DNA from: an uncultured Alphaproteobacteria bacterium
GTDB lineage: Bacteria; Pseudomonadota; Alphaproteobacteria; Acetobacterales; Acetobacteraceae
Length of the DNA stretch: 64,000 nucleotides
NCBI GenBank assembly: GCA_963839135.1
Contig: CAWIUA010000013.1
Span: 27,360 to 91,359, forward strand
Direction of reading: 5' to 3'
Shown: piece by piece, positions 30,143 through 39,334 of the stretch
How positions within the stretch are numbered: the stretch's first letter is position 1
Layout: each line of letters opens with the position of its first letter
Made by a program: the position numbers and the translations under genes
Notes under the pieces: generated by a model
Databases searched by the model: none
Seen by the model: only the letters and a program-made list of their open reading frames with translations
Told to the model about the DNA's origin: nothing

Positions 30143-30825
30143 CCGCCAGCGCGACGAGGACGCCCAGGTACTACCGCGGCATCCTCCACGAGCTGGTCGA
30201 GATGGCCACCGACATCGCCCGCACCGTCCACCGCCAGGCCACCGCCGAGCAATCCGCCGACCCCACCCAGGAGCAGCAGACCAAGCAGCAGCCCCACAGC
30301 CACCCCAGCCCGGCCCAACCCCCGACCTGACAATCGCCTTCGACCGCCTCGCCCGCACCATCCGCCGCACCATCGCCCTCGCCCGCAAGCTCTCCGAGCT
30401 CGACCGCGAAGCGCCTAGGCCGAAACTCCGGGCCGAACGCTGCGACGAGTGCTGCCCCAGCGCGCGCCAGCGCCGCACCGACCGCGCCGAGACCGACGCC
30501 CTCCACGCCGAGCCCGAGCGAGCGCCCCGAGGCACCCGATTTCGACGCCGACGAAGACCTCGACGACGACCTCGACGAGCAATCCTTCGCCGACCTCATC
30601 GCGAGCCTGCGCCACGACACAGGTCTCGCCACCCTGACCGACGCCCAGCTCCGCCAGCACCGCACGCCCCAAAGTGCGCAAGAGCGCGACCCAGGCGAGA
30701 CGTGCAGCCTCTGCGCCCGAGCCGGCGAACCCAGGACGACGCAAGTGCAGCACCTCGCGACCAGCGCCCCCGCCCGGCGCCGGACCGCGCCCGCCCGGAG
30801 CGGCACCGGCCCCCCAGCACCCTGA
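30102..30825 (+). pseudogene. Pro/Arg/acidic-rich orphan protein (about 240 aa when frames are joined)
   Basis: Pieces: MSSSPTLPDPTDRARQRDEDAQ / YYRGILHELVEMATDIARTVHRQATAEQ... / PDLTIAFDRLARTIRRTIALARKLSELDRE... / PDFDADEDLDDDLDEQSFADLIASLRHDTGLATL...TGPPAP*. Frame changes lie near 30165, 30325 and 30530. No SD before the ATG. Confidence 0.5.
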
Positions 30826-30883
30826 TCCGGGGAGCAGGCCGCGACGGTTAGAGGCCGATACCAGGCTCTTTGGTTGGGCCTCC

Positions 30884-31688
30884 CTAGACCTCCACCTCCA
30901 CGCATACCGGCACGTGATCCGACGCCTGCGGCCAATCCCGCGCCGCCCGCAGCGCCGTATGCGCGCGCAACCCGCCTTCCAAGTCCCGGCTCGCCCACAC
31001 ATGATCGAGCCTTCGTCCTCGGTCGCTCGCCGCCCAGTCGCGGTTGCGATAGCTCCACCACGTGTAAAGCTTCTCCTCCGCCGGCACGAAATGCCGGGCC
31101 ACGTCGAGGAAGCCCGTATCCAGCCACGCCGCTCAGCCGCTCCGTCTCCGGCGGCGTGTGGCTGACCACGTCAAGGAGCTGCTTGTGGCTCCAGACATCG
31201 TGCTCGCCCGGCGCCACGTTCAGGTCGCCCGCGAGCAGCGCGCGCCGCGGCGGGTTCGCCCGGAACCACGCCGCCGCCTCGTCCAGGAACGCGAGCTTGT
31301 GGGCGAACTTGGGGTTCGCCGCCGGGTCCGGCACATCGCCGCCCGCCGGGACGTAGAAGCAGTGCACGGCGAGCGGCCCGGACGGAAGCGCCACGTGCGC
31401 CGCGAGATGCCGGCAATCGCCCCGGCCGCACCAGTCGGGCGAGGTCTCGTCGAGCGCGAGCGGGATGCGCGAGAGGATCGCGACGCCGTTATACCCCTTC
31501 ATCCCCCGGCGCAGCACGTGCGGGTAGCCGAGCGCGCCCGGCGCCCCGTCAGGGAACAGCTCGTCCGGCACCTTGGTCTCCTGCAGGAGGATCAGGTCGG
31601 GATCGAGGCTGCCAACCACCCGCTCCAGGTGCGGCAGGCGCAGGCGGAGCGAGTTGATGTTCCAGGTGGCGAGTCGCAGGCGGGGCAT
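30884..31688 (-). pseudogene. xthA: exodeoxyribonuclease III, frame change near 31128
   Basis: MPRLRLATWNINSLRLRLPHL...LLQETK in the frame of ORF 30171..32702. C-terminus WLDTGFLDVARHFVP...SDHVPVCVEVEV* is in ORF 30884..31102. Confidence 0.85.
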
Positions 31689-31772
31689 GGCGCAAGCGGT
31701 GCCCCGAGCTTGAGTTGACCGCAAGGGGCAAGCGGGTAGGGTCCGCCCCGGGATCATCACTCGGGGGTTGGT

Positions 31773-32912
31773 ATGCTGCGACGGACCTTGCTGGCTGCGG
31801 CGGCGATCAGCGTCGCCGGCCTCGCCCGCGCACAGCAACCCGACGTGCTCGTCGGCGCCGTCGAGGTCCTGAGCGGGCCGAATGCGGCCTACGGCACGGC
31901 GATCCGCGCCGGGCTGGAACTGGCCACCGACGAGATCAACGGCGGCGGCGTGCTCGGCGGGCGCAAGATCGCGCTGCGCGTCGAGGACAGCGGCGGCAAC
32001 AAGCAGGGCGCGATCAACGCCGTGCGCCTCCTGATCGGCCGCGACAAGGTTGTCACCGTGCTCGGGCCGACGCTCTCTAACGAGATGTTCGCGGCCGGCC
32101 CAGTCGCGAACGCCCGGCGCATCCCGATCATCGGCACCAGCACGACCGCCGACGGCATCACCGCGATCGGCGACTACGTCTTCCGCACCGCCCTGCCGGA
32201 ATCCGACGTGATCCCGGTGACGATGGAGTATGCCAAGCGGCGCGGGGTCAAGACCGTCGCGCTGCTCTACGCCAACGACGACGCCTTCTCGAAATCGGGC
32301 CATGACGTGATGAAGGCGGCGTCCGAGGCGGCCGGTTTCCAACTCCTCGCCGACGAGAGCTTCGCGAGCCGCGACACCGATTTCTCGGCCCAGCTCACGA
32401 AGATCAAGGCGAAGAACCCGGACGCGGTGGGCATCTCGGCGCTGGTCGAGCCGGTCTCCGGTGTGCTGCTGCAAGCGCGGCAGCTCGGCTTTCCCCAGAA
32501 GACCTTGTTCATCGGCGGCAACGGCAGCAACTCGCCCAAGCTCGGGCAGATCGCGGGCGCCGCCGCGGACGGGCTGGTCGTAGGCTCTCCCTGGTTCATC
32601 GACAAGCAGGACCCGAAGAACGCGGCCTTCGTCGCCGCCTTCCGCAAGCGCTACGGCCACGACCCCGACCAGTTCGCGGCGCAGGCCTTCGAATCGATGC
32701 ACATCCTGGCCGACGCCATCAACCGCGCCGGCACGCCCGATCCCGCGAAGATCCGGGCGGCGCTGCTCACGACGGACTACGACGGCGTGATGGGTCCCTT
32801 CCAGTTCACCAAGGACCGCGGCCCGGCGAGCACGAAGGGGGTGGTAGTCCTGCAGATGAAGGGTGGCCGGTTCCGCATCGCGCCGGACAGCGCGACCGGG
32901 TCCGCCCCGTAA
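31773..32912 (+). CDS. branched-chain amino acid-type ABC substrate-binding protein (LivJ/K family)
   Basis: Signal peptide MLRRTLLAAAAISVAGLARAQ and a type-I periplasmic binding fold sequence. Confidence 0.88.
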   Translation: MLRRTLLAAAAISVAGLARAQQPDVLVGAVEVLSGPNAAYGTAIRAGLELATDEINGGGVLGGRKIALRVEDSGGNKQGAINAVRLLIGRDKVVTVLGPTLSNEMFAAGPVANARRIPIIGTSTTADGITAIGDYVFRTALPESDVIPVTMEYAKRRGVKTVALLYANDDAFSKSGHDVMKAASEAAGFQLLADESFASRDTDFSAQLTKIKAKNPDAVGISALVEPVSGVLLQARQLGFPQKTLFIGGNGSNSPKLGQIAGAAADGLVVGSPWFIDKQDPKNAAFVAAFRKRYGHDPDQFAAQAFESMHILADAINRAGTPDPAKIRAALLTTDYDGVMGPFQFTKDRGPASTKGVVVLQMKGGRFRIAPDSATGSAP

Positions 32913-32934
32913 CCCCGTAGCGAGGCACCGCAGC

Positions 32935-33816
32935 TTGCTCGCTCAGCAGCTCGTCAACGGCGTCCTGCTCGGCGCCACCTACGCGCTCTTCGCCCTCGGC
33001 TTCACGCTGATGTTCGGCGTCCTGCGCGTCATCAACCTGCTTTACGGGTTCTACTTCTCACTCGGCGCGCTGGTGGCGCTCTGGCTAGCGAACGCGCTCG
33101 GCTGGCCGATCTGGGTGCTGCTGCCCGTGGCGGCAGCCGCCGCGGGGCTCGCGGCGGTGATGCTCGACGGACTGCTGCTCACGCGGCTGCGCCGGGTGCA
33201 AGCGCCGGAACTCGCGTCGCTGATGGTCACACTCGGCGGCGCGCTCGCGCTCTACTCGGCAGCGACGAGCCTGCTCGGCTCGGACATCAGGCGTTTCCCG
33301 CCCGGCCTCGTCAGCAGCGGCGCCATCGAGGCGCTCGGCGTGCGCGTGACCGTGCCGCAGCTCCTGATCGTCGCGGCATCGCTCGTGCTCGTGGGCGGCC
33401 TGGTCCTGCTGCTGCACGGGACGCGGTTCGGTCTCGCGGTCCGCGCGATGGCCGAGAAGCCGGTGGCTGCCGGGCTGATGGGCATAGACACCGGGCGGCT
33501 AGCGGCGCTGGTGAGCTTCATCTCCGGCGCGCTGGCGGGTGCGGGAGGCGTGCTGATCGGGCTGAACTTCAACGCGATCCAGCCCTACATGGGCGAGGAC
33601 ATGATGCTCCGCGGCTTCGTCGTGGTCATCGTGGGCGGCCTGGGCAGCATCCGCGGTGCGCTGCTGGCGGGGCTGCTGCTGGGCGTCGTCGAGGTGCTGA
33701 CGGCGGCATACGTGGCCTCCGGCCTTAAGGAGGCGGTGGCGTTCTTGATCCTGGTGCTCGTGCTGTGGACACGTCCGCAGGGCTTGTTTGGGCGGGTCGC
33801 GGCGGAGCGGGCGTGA
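32935..33816 (+). CDS. branched-chain amino acid ABC permease (LivH-like)
   Basis: TTG 32935 (LLAQQLVNGVLLGATYAL...). 8-10 TM helices. Ends ...RPQGLFGR. Confidence 0.85.
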   Translation: MLAQQLVNGVLLGATYALFALGFTLMFGVLRVINLLYGFYFSLGALVALWLANALGWPIWVLLPVAAAAAGLAAVMLDGLLLTRLRRVQAPELASLMVTLGGALALYSAATSLLGSDIRRFPPGLVSSGAIEALGVRVTVPQLLIVAASLVLVGGLVLLLHGTRFGLAVRAMAEKPVAAGLMGIDTGRLAALVSFISGALAGAGGVLIGLNFNAIQPYMGEDMMLRGFVVVIVGGLGSIRGALLAGLLLGVVEVLTAAYVASGLKEAVAFLILVLVLWTRPQGLFGRVAAERA

Positions 33817-34371
33817 TCACACCCGCTCGCTGACCGCGATCGCCACCTTGCAGCCCGCCTTGATGACCGCGGACATCAGCCGGTAGGCCGGCGCCAGCTC
33901 GGCCTCGTTCTCCAGGCCGATGTCGCGATGCTCCAGCTCCTCGGCGCGGAAGCGCTCGATGGTGTCGCGCAGCTCCGCCTCGTCGTCGCCCAGCACGGCG
34001 GACTGGCTCGCGTAGTGCTCGTCAATCGCTTCCTCGACGGCGACGGTGCAGGCCATGGCGGCGCGCTCGCCGAGGGCCGCGGTGGCGGCGCCCAGCGCGT
34101 AGCCGGCCAAGTGCCAGAACGGCAGCAGCGCGGTCGGGCGCACGCGGCGCCGGGCGACGAGCTTGCTGAAGGTGTCGAGGTGATGCTGCTCCTGGTCCTT
34201 CATGTGCTGCAGCAGCTCGGCCTTCGGCCCGCGGCCGAGCACGGCGAGCTGGCCCTCGTAGATGCGAGCGGCGCCGTATTCGCCCGCGTGGTCCACGCGG
34301 ATGAAGCGCTCCACCAGGTCGCGGCGCGTGGGATCGCCGGGCAGGCGCTCGGCGGCGGTCTCCGATGGCAT
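33817..34371 (-). CDS. coq7: demethoxyubiquinone hydroxylase (di-iron COQ7 family)
   Basis: 184 aa with RVDHAGEYGA and EELEH di-iron motifs. Its stop abuts the livH-like stop. Confidence 0.88.
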   Translation of the reverse strand: MPSETAAERLPGDPTRRDLVERFIRVDHAGEYGAARIYEGQLAVLGRGPKAELLQHMKDQEQHHLDTFSKLVARRRVRPTALLPFWHLAGYALGAATAALGERAAMACTVAVEEAIDEHYASQSAVLGDDEAELRDTIERFRAEELEHRDIGLENEAELAPAYRLMSAVIKAGCKVAIAVSERV

Positions 34372-34859
34372 CAGGCACTCCTCCGTCTCGGCCAGGAGAT
34401 GGCGACGAGTGCGGCGAGCGCCAGGGCGAGGAGCAGGTCCATCGCCGCCATGCTGAGCGGCAGGCCGGGGACGAGGTAGGTCGGCGCGTCGCAGGGCTTG
34501 GCCGGGCGCGCCGGCATGGCCGCGAGGCGCTCGGCGATGGAGCCGCCGTGGAACGTCGGCGCTCGGCACTCGGGCAGCGGGTCCGGCCACCATCCCTGCT
34601 CGACGCCGACATGCGTGAGGCCGAGGCCGGCACCCACGAGCAGAACGAGGATGAGGGACGCGCGCGCGACATCGGCCGGGGCACGCGGCAGAAACGCTGC
34701 GAGAAGCCCAAGCACGATGGCGACGCGATAGGGCCAACGTTCCAGCAGGCAGAACGCGCACGGCACAAGGCCGAGGATGCTCTCGCTATACCACGCCGCC
34801 GCGAGTGCCAGCGCCGACACCACGGCGACACCGAGCGCGAGGAGGCGGGCGCGGGTCAT
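34371..34859 (-). CDS. disulfide bond formation protein B family
   Basis: 4 TM helices with CAFC (CxxC) and a second Cys pair. ATG 34859. Confidence 0.78.
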   Translation of the reverse strand: MTRARLLALGVAVVSALALAAAWYSESILGLVPCAFCLLERWPYRVAIVLGLLAAFLPRAPADVARASLILVLLVGAGLGLTHVGVEQGWWPDPLPECRAPTFHGGSIAERLAAMPARPAKPCDAPTYLVPGLPLSMAAMDLLLALALAALVAISWPRRRSA

Positions 34860-34924
34860 GCCGGGGCTTGGACCCGTCAGGCGCACGCCTTACCCTGCCC
34901 CACGCGCCGAGGGAGGGATACGCG

Positions 34925-35549
34925 ATGCGCCGATTGCTGGGCCGGGCGAACTCTAGCAACGTGATGAAGGTAGTCTGGCTCCTGGAGGAGCTGGGCCTGC
35001 CCTATCAGCGCGAGGATTTGGGCGGTCCCTTCGGCGGCACGGACACGCCCGAGTATCGCGCCATGAACCCCAACGGCACCGTGCCCACGCTCGTCGAGGG
35101 TGATTTCGTGCTGTGGGAGAGCAACGCCATCCTGCGCTACCTCTGTAGCGCGAACGCGCCCGGCAACGCGATGTGGCCCGACGATTTGCGCGCGCGGGCG
35201 AGCATCGACCGCTGGATGGACTGGCAGCAGGCCGTGCTCAATCGAGTCGCAGACAGTGGTGTTCCAAGGTCTCGTCCGCACGCCGCCAGAGCGCCGCGAC
35301 GAGGCTGTGATCCGAACTGCAGCGAGCGAGGCGGGACGGCTCTGGGCGATGCTCGACATGATCCTGGGGCGCGTGCCCTACGTCGCCGGGCCGGTATTCA
35401 CGCTCGCGGACATCGCGCTGGGCGTCCATGTCCACCGCTGGTTTTTCTTCCCGGTGGACAAGCCCGATCTTCCACATCTCCGCGCCTGGTATGATCGGCT
35501 CCTGCAGCGCCCGGTGTATCATGATCACTGCGCCGGTCCCGTGACCTGA
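34925..35549 (+). pseudogene. glutathione S-transferase (GstB/YliJ-like), frame change near 35240
   Basis: N-terminus MRRLLGRANSSNVMKVVWLLEELGLPY...DRWMDWQQAVLN in the frame of ORF 34805..35494. C-terminus VVFQGLVRTPPERRDEAVI...RAWYDRLLQRPVY in ORF 35100..35549. Confidence 0.8.
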
Positions 35550-36290
35550 GCGGGCCAGGCCAGTCGCTCCCGCGTCGAGCGCGTCGGCCGCCCGCCCGAG
35601 CCAGGCACGCACGCCGGCCGCGTCGCCGAACACGTCCGGCACCCACAGCCCGGCGCCGCCGAGCGCGACCGCCGCGCGTATCCCGTCCTGGTCCGTCACG
35701 TCGTCGCCGACGAAGACCGGGCGCCGCCCCTCGAAGGGAGCCAACAGCATGAGCGCCTGCACCGCGCTCGCCTTGTCCGCACCTCGCGGGCGCACCTCCC
35801 AGGCCATGTGCGCCGGCGTGACCGCGAACCGCTCCCGCTCGGGCGCGATGAGTGCTGTGGCGGCGTCGCCGAGCGCCGGGCCGTGCTCGGGTGCCAGGCG
35901 GTAGTGGAACACGAATCCGCGCTGCTTCTGCTCCAGAAGGCTGCCGGGATGCTGCTCCACGATCCGGGCCGCCTCGATGATCCACTCGACGGGCGGGTCA
36001 GGCAGGCTCACGCGCTCGACCTCCGCGCCCGGCGCCGGGCGGATCGCGCCGCCGTGCTCGCCCGCGATGGCGCGCGGCACGTCGCCGAGCAGCGCCTCCA
36101 CCTGCTCGATCGGGCGGCCCGTGACGACGGCGAGCGCGCCGCCGAGATGGCCGCGCAGGCGCACGAGGATGCCGGGCAGGCTCGGTGGCACGCGCACGGC
36201 GTCCGGCGTCGGCGCGATGTCGAGCAGGGTGCCGTCGAGGTCGAGCAGCAGCGCCAACTCGGCGGGCGGGGGTAAGGCGGTCAGCGGCAT
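35238..36290 (-). CDS. otsB: trehalose-6-phosphate phosphatase (HAD family)
   Basis: LLLDLDGTLLDI, VVTGRP and FVGDDVTDQDG motifs. The homology-like part is only about 245 aa (to about 35.55 kb). As sequenced the frame stays open to 35238, antisense to the GST, so the 3' end is doubtful. Confidence 0.75.
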   Translation of the reverse strand: MPLTALPPPAELALLLDLDGTLLDIAPTPDAVRVPPSLPGILVRLRGHLGGALAVVTGRPIEQVEALLGDVPRAIAGEHGGAIRPAPGAEVERVSLPDPPVEWIIEAARIVEQHPGSLLEQKQRGFVFHYRLAPEHGPALGDAATALIAPERERFAVTPAHMAWEVRPRGADKASAVQALMLLAPFEGRRPVFVGDDVTDQDGIRAAVALGGAGLWVPDVFGDAAGVRAWLGRAADALDAGATGLARSGHGTGAVIMIHRALQEPIIPGAEMWKIGLVHREEKPAVDMDAQRDVREREYRPGDVGHAPQDHVEHRPEPSRLARCSSDHSLVAALWRRADETLEHHCLRLD

Positions 36291-36695
36291 CCGAGCAGCC
36301 TCACATCGTAGAGCGGACTTTGGAACACCGTGAGTCCGGGCTCGCCCGCGAGCAACCAGCCGTGGAAATCGGGGCTGCTCGGGTGGCTATCCGTCACGTC
36401 GAGGAAGGCGGCGGCGTCGGCCGGCTGGTCAGGAGGGCGAACGACGCAGGATCGCACAGCGATGGTCAGCGTGCGGAACGACGCGCTGCCGCCTACCCGG
36501 ATCGTGAGCTTGGTGGGCTGGGCGCTGAGCTTGTCGAGGGCGGCGATGTCGGCCGTGCCGCGCGGCTCCCAGCCATTCGGCCAGGATGGCGCCTGGGCCG
36601 GAGGCGCAGGATCCGGCGAGGCCTGATCCGAGCGGTTCGTCAGGCGCCGCCGCGGTGCAGAGCAGGAGGGCGAGCGCCGCAGCGGCCCGGTGCAC
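36281..36695 (-). pseudogene. DUF2155 family periplasmic protein, frame change near 36560
   Basis: Signal peptide from GTG 36695 (VHRAAAALALLLCTAAA). Then in another frame WEPRGTADIAALDKLSAQPTKLTIRVGGSASF...CVVRPPDQPADAAAFLDV...GWLLAGEPGLTVFQSPLYDVRLLGC*. Confidence 0.72.
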
Positions 36696-36905
36696 TTACC
36701 CCCGCGTCGGGCTGCGCAGCCCGTCCACGAGCGCGTGCAGCACCTCGCGCATGAACGCCTCGTCCACGCCCATTAGGACGGCGTCCTCGAACGCATCCTG
36801 TAACACCTGCCCAGCCTCTTCATGGTTCTCAGCGAGCTGGCGCAGCTTCTCCGTGCACGCGACCGGCGTGCCGTCCGGCTGCGGCCAGCGCGCAGGCTGG
36901 CTCAT
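36696..36905 (-). CDS. small conserved hypothetical protein (69 aa)
   Basis: ATGA overlap with the mlaD stop. Lies within the NDUFA12-mlaD-DUF2155 operon. Confidence 0.55.
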   Translation of the reverse strand: MSQPARWPQPDGTPVACTEKLRQLAENHEEAGQVLQDAFEDAVLMGVDEAFMREVLHALVDGLRSPTRG

Positions 36906-37423
36906 TTGCCCGGCGCGGCCCCGCCCGGGCCGGCTTCCTGGCGCTGCAGCATCTTCTGCGTCGCGTCGGAGAGGCTGCCAACGTTGAAGATGAACTTGCC
37001 GAGCAGGTCTTCCAGGTTCACGGCCGACTGCGTGATGGTGACCTGCTGGCCGCTCTTCAGCATCGTCTCGGAGCCGCCGGGGCTGAGGCTCAGGAAGCCG
37101 CCGCCGAGCAGCCCGCCCGAGGCGATGCTGGCGCTGCTGTCCTTGGACAGGGCGATATCGGAGGCGACGGTGAAGGTGAGCTTCGCTTGGTAGGTCTTGG
37201 GGTCTATGCCGGTCGCCGTGACGCTGCCGACCTTGACGCCCGCGATGCGGACGTCGGCGCCGGACGCCAAGCCGCCGACATTATCGAAGTCGGCGGTGAG
37301 CGTCATGCCGCCGACTTGGACTCGCCCGGTATTGACGACCGCATAGACGAGGAAGCCGAGGGCGATGAGGAGGACGATGCCGCCGGCTGCCAGTTCGGCG
37401 GCGTTGCGTCGCGAGGCGGCCAT
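36902..37423 (-). CDS. mlaD: outer-membrane lipid asymmetry maintenance protein MlaD (MCE domain)
   Basis: ATG 37423. N-terminal TM helix (GGIVLLIALGFLVYAV) + MCE domain (VRIAGVKVGSV). Confidence 0.85.
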   Translation of the reverse strand: MAASRRNAAELAAGGIVLLIALGFLVYAVVNTGRVQVGGMTLTADFDNVGGLASGADVRIAGVKVGSVTATGIDPKTYQAKLTFTVASDIALSKDSSASIASGGLLGGGFLSLSPGGSETMLKSGQQVTITQSAVNLEDLLGKFIFNVGSLSDATQKMLQRQEAGPGGAAPGK

Positions 37424-37424
37424 G

Positions 37425-37784
37425 CTAGCTGCCCGGCGTCCAGGCTTCGTAGTCGCCCGTGGCGGGGGCACGGTTGCCGCCGCGATAGTCGTGGCCCGGC
37501 GGGCGATAGCTCGCGGCGGTGCCCGTGAGGTTCGGCTCGTGCGGCTGCTGCCAGGGCCTGCGCGCGCTTAAGGGGATCGGCGCGTCGGTGGTGTAGTGCA
37601 GCCAGGCGTGCCATTCGGGCGGGACGAGGCTCGCCTCGGGTTGAGGCGCGTTGTAGATCACCCAGCGCCGCGAGCGCGCGCCGGCGCGGGGCCGGCGCTC
37701 CGTGTAGTAGCGGTTGCCCTCCGGGTCGGTGCCCACGAGCTGGCCCGTCAGCCAGGTGGAGAGGCGGGTGCCTAGGGTGTTCAT
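37425..37784 (-). CDS. NADH:ubiquinone oxidoreductase subunit NDUFA12-like protein
   Basis: GTDPEGNRYY...RRWVIY...PPEWHAWLHYT motif. Confidence 0.85.
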   Translation of the reverse strand: MNTLGTRLSTWLTGQLVGTDPEGNRYYTERRPRAGARSRRWVIYNAPQPEASLVPPEWHAWLHYTTDAPIPLSARRPWQQPHEPNLTGTAASYRPPGHDYRGGNRAPATGDYEAWTPGS

Positions 37785-37869
37785 GGCGCCCCTATACGGG
37801 GAAGGCAGCGGCGGGTCCACCGCCCTGTTCGGCGGCTCCGGCGCGCTGCCCGAACGGCCCGGCCGAGGC

Positions 37870-39036
37870 CTATTTCGTGGCGAGCGCCGCGATCAAGCTC
37901 GCGGAGCGTTGGACGACCGCGTTGGGGAGGGCAGCTTCGCCGAGGCCGAGGAAGGCACCGGTCAGGATGGCAGCGGATAGGTAGTGAAACACGTGCTCCG
38001 TGGTGAACGCCGCTCCTGTACCGCTTCCGCCGAACGCGAACACGATCGCGCGCTTGTGCAGCAGCAGCAGCGCCAAGATGCCGAAGCCCATTACGTAGAC
38101 GACCCGCAACTTGGGGCCGAGGGTCGCCTGGAAGATGCTGTCCAGAACCTCGGGACTGGTCGGCTCGACCCGCAGCACCGCGGACAGCCACGCACCGAAG
38201 CAAAGCGACCAGACCGCGACGATGAGCAGCATCACGGCGAGATTCGGCACGGCGAGCGGGGCATCCAGTTGCGACGCCGGGATTTGCCCTATGATGAGCA
38301 TGTAGATGATAGCGAGTGCCGTGAAGAAGCCGACCCACACGGCGTAGGCCCAGCCGAGCTGCCGGAGGTATCCATCCCGGATGGCCGCACCGTGCTCCTG
38401 CAACGTGTCCAGAAGCACGGACTGCACGGCCAGCTGCGCGAGGCTAACATTCGGGTTCGCGCCTTCAAGCCCGAGCTGCCCGGCCCATTGCAGCCGCTCA
38501 AGCGCTCCGTGCAGGAGGCGGCGTCTGCGGGCCTCATCGGGCACCGCGCTCTGGTAAATCGCCCGGATCAGCCGTTCGCGGCGGTCCAGGTCTCCGACGA
38601 AAGCGAGTTGGGCATCGGTCGGCTTGATGTCAGGGACGGGCGTGACGCTGATCTGGTCTTTGTGATCCAACGTCACCGTGAACGCCCCATGCGAGGGCGC
38701 CAGCTGGATCGTGGTCCCGGTCTCGGGCTGCACCTCTGGTGCGAGCTGAGGTTCGGCTCCGGTAGGGTAATCGTGCTCGAATTTCTTCGTGGCCGCGACG
38801 ATGTCGCGGGCTTCATCCGTCAGGCCCTCTTCCGCGATCGCTCGCAGCCCGTCCAAGAAGGCCGGGAGCATCGGCTTGCTATCGTCCGGGCGGTCGCGCG
38901 CCCAAGCAACCTTCTCATTGATCGCGGCAGCGAGCTCCGCCTCAGCCTGGGTAGGCTGGCGGGCACCGTCCGCTGTCGCGGGCTCGAGCTGAAAGAACCC
39001 ATTCGCGCCGTTGCGCATTCTATACGGTGCCGTCAT
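37870..39036 (-). CDS. unknown protein: about 210-aa soluble N-terminal region + 4-5 TM C-terminal region
   Basis: 388-aa ORF. Hydrophobic helices run from about residue 225 (WAYAVWVGFFTALAIIYMLII, LAVMLLIVAVWSLCFGAWLSAVL, VVYVMGFGILALLLL, LSAAILTGAFLGLG). A/T-richer than the flanks. No family recognised. Confidence 0.6.
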   Translation of the reverse strand: MTAPYRMRNGANGFFQLEPATADGARQPTQAEAELAAAINEKVAWARDRPDDSKPMLPAFLDGLRAIAEEGLTDEARDIVAATKKFEHDYPTGAEPQLAPEVQPETGTTIQLAPSHGAFTVTLDHKDQISVTPVPDIKPTDAQLAFVGDLDRRERLIRAIYQSAVPDEARRRRLLHGALERLQWAGQLGLEGANPNVSLAQLAVQSVLLDTLQEHGAAIRDGYLRQLGWAYAVWVGFFTALAIIYMLIIGQIPASQLDAPLAVPNLAVMLLIVAVWSLCFGAWLSAVLRVEPTSPEVLDSIFQATLGPKLRVVYVMGFGILALLLLHKRAIVFAFGGSGTGAAFTTEHVFHYLSAAILTGAFLGLGEAALPNAVVQRSASLIAALATK

Positions 39037-39058
39037 GCAATCCCGATCCAGCAGACGG

Positions 39059-39334
39059 CTACTGCGGCCGCCGACCGTTGCACCCTGGAACCGGACACTT
39101 CACCGTGGTTGTCGCCGTGGGCAATCCAGGATGCGGCGTGATGTTGAGATACAGGCCAAGATCCTTGGGACCAGTCCGGGGCGGTTCGAACACCAGGGTT
39201 CGGACACCCGGCGTCCGTGAGACTGCGCGGAGTTCGCGATGAAGAGCGCCGAGCACAGGATGGTCAGCATGCTCCCCAATCAAGTCCGACAAGGCCTGCA
39301 TGTGGGGCGGCAACCGTGTTTCGCTCTCGGCCAT
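39059..39334 (-). CDS. unknown small protein (91 aa), upstream partner of the 388-aa membrane protein
   Basis: ATG 39334, ending 22 nt before the next start, with a 270-bp A/T-rich region upstream. No family recognised. Confidence 0.45.
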   Translation of the reverse strand: MAESETRLPPHMQALSDLIGEHADHPVLGALHRELRAVSRTPGVRTLVFEPPRTGPKDLGLYLNITPHPGLPTATTTVKCPVPGCNGRRPQ

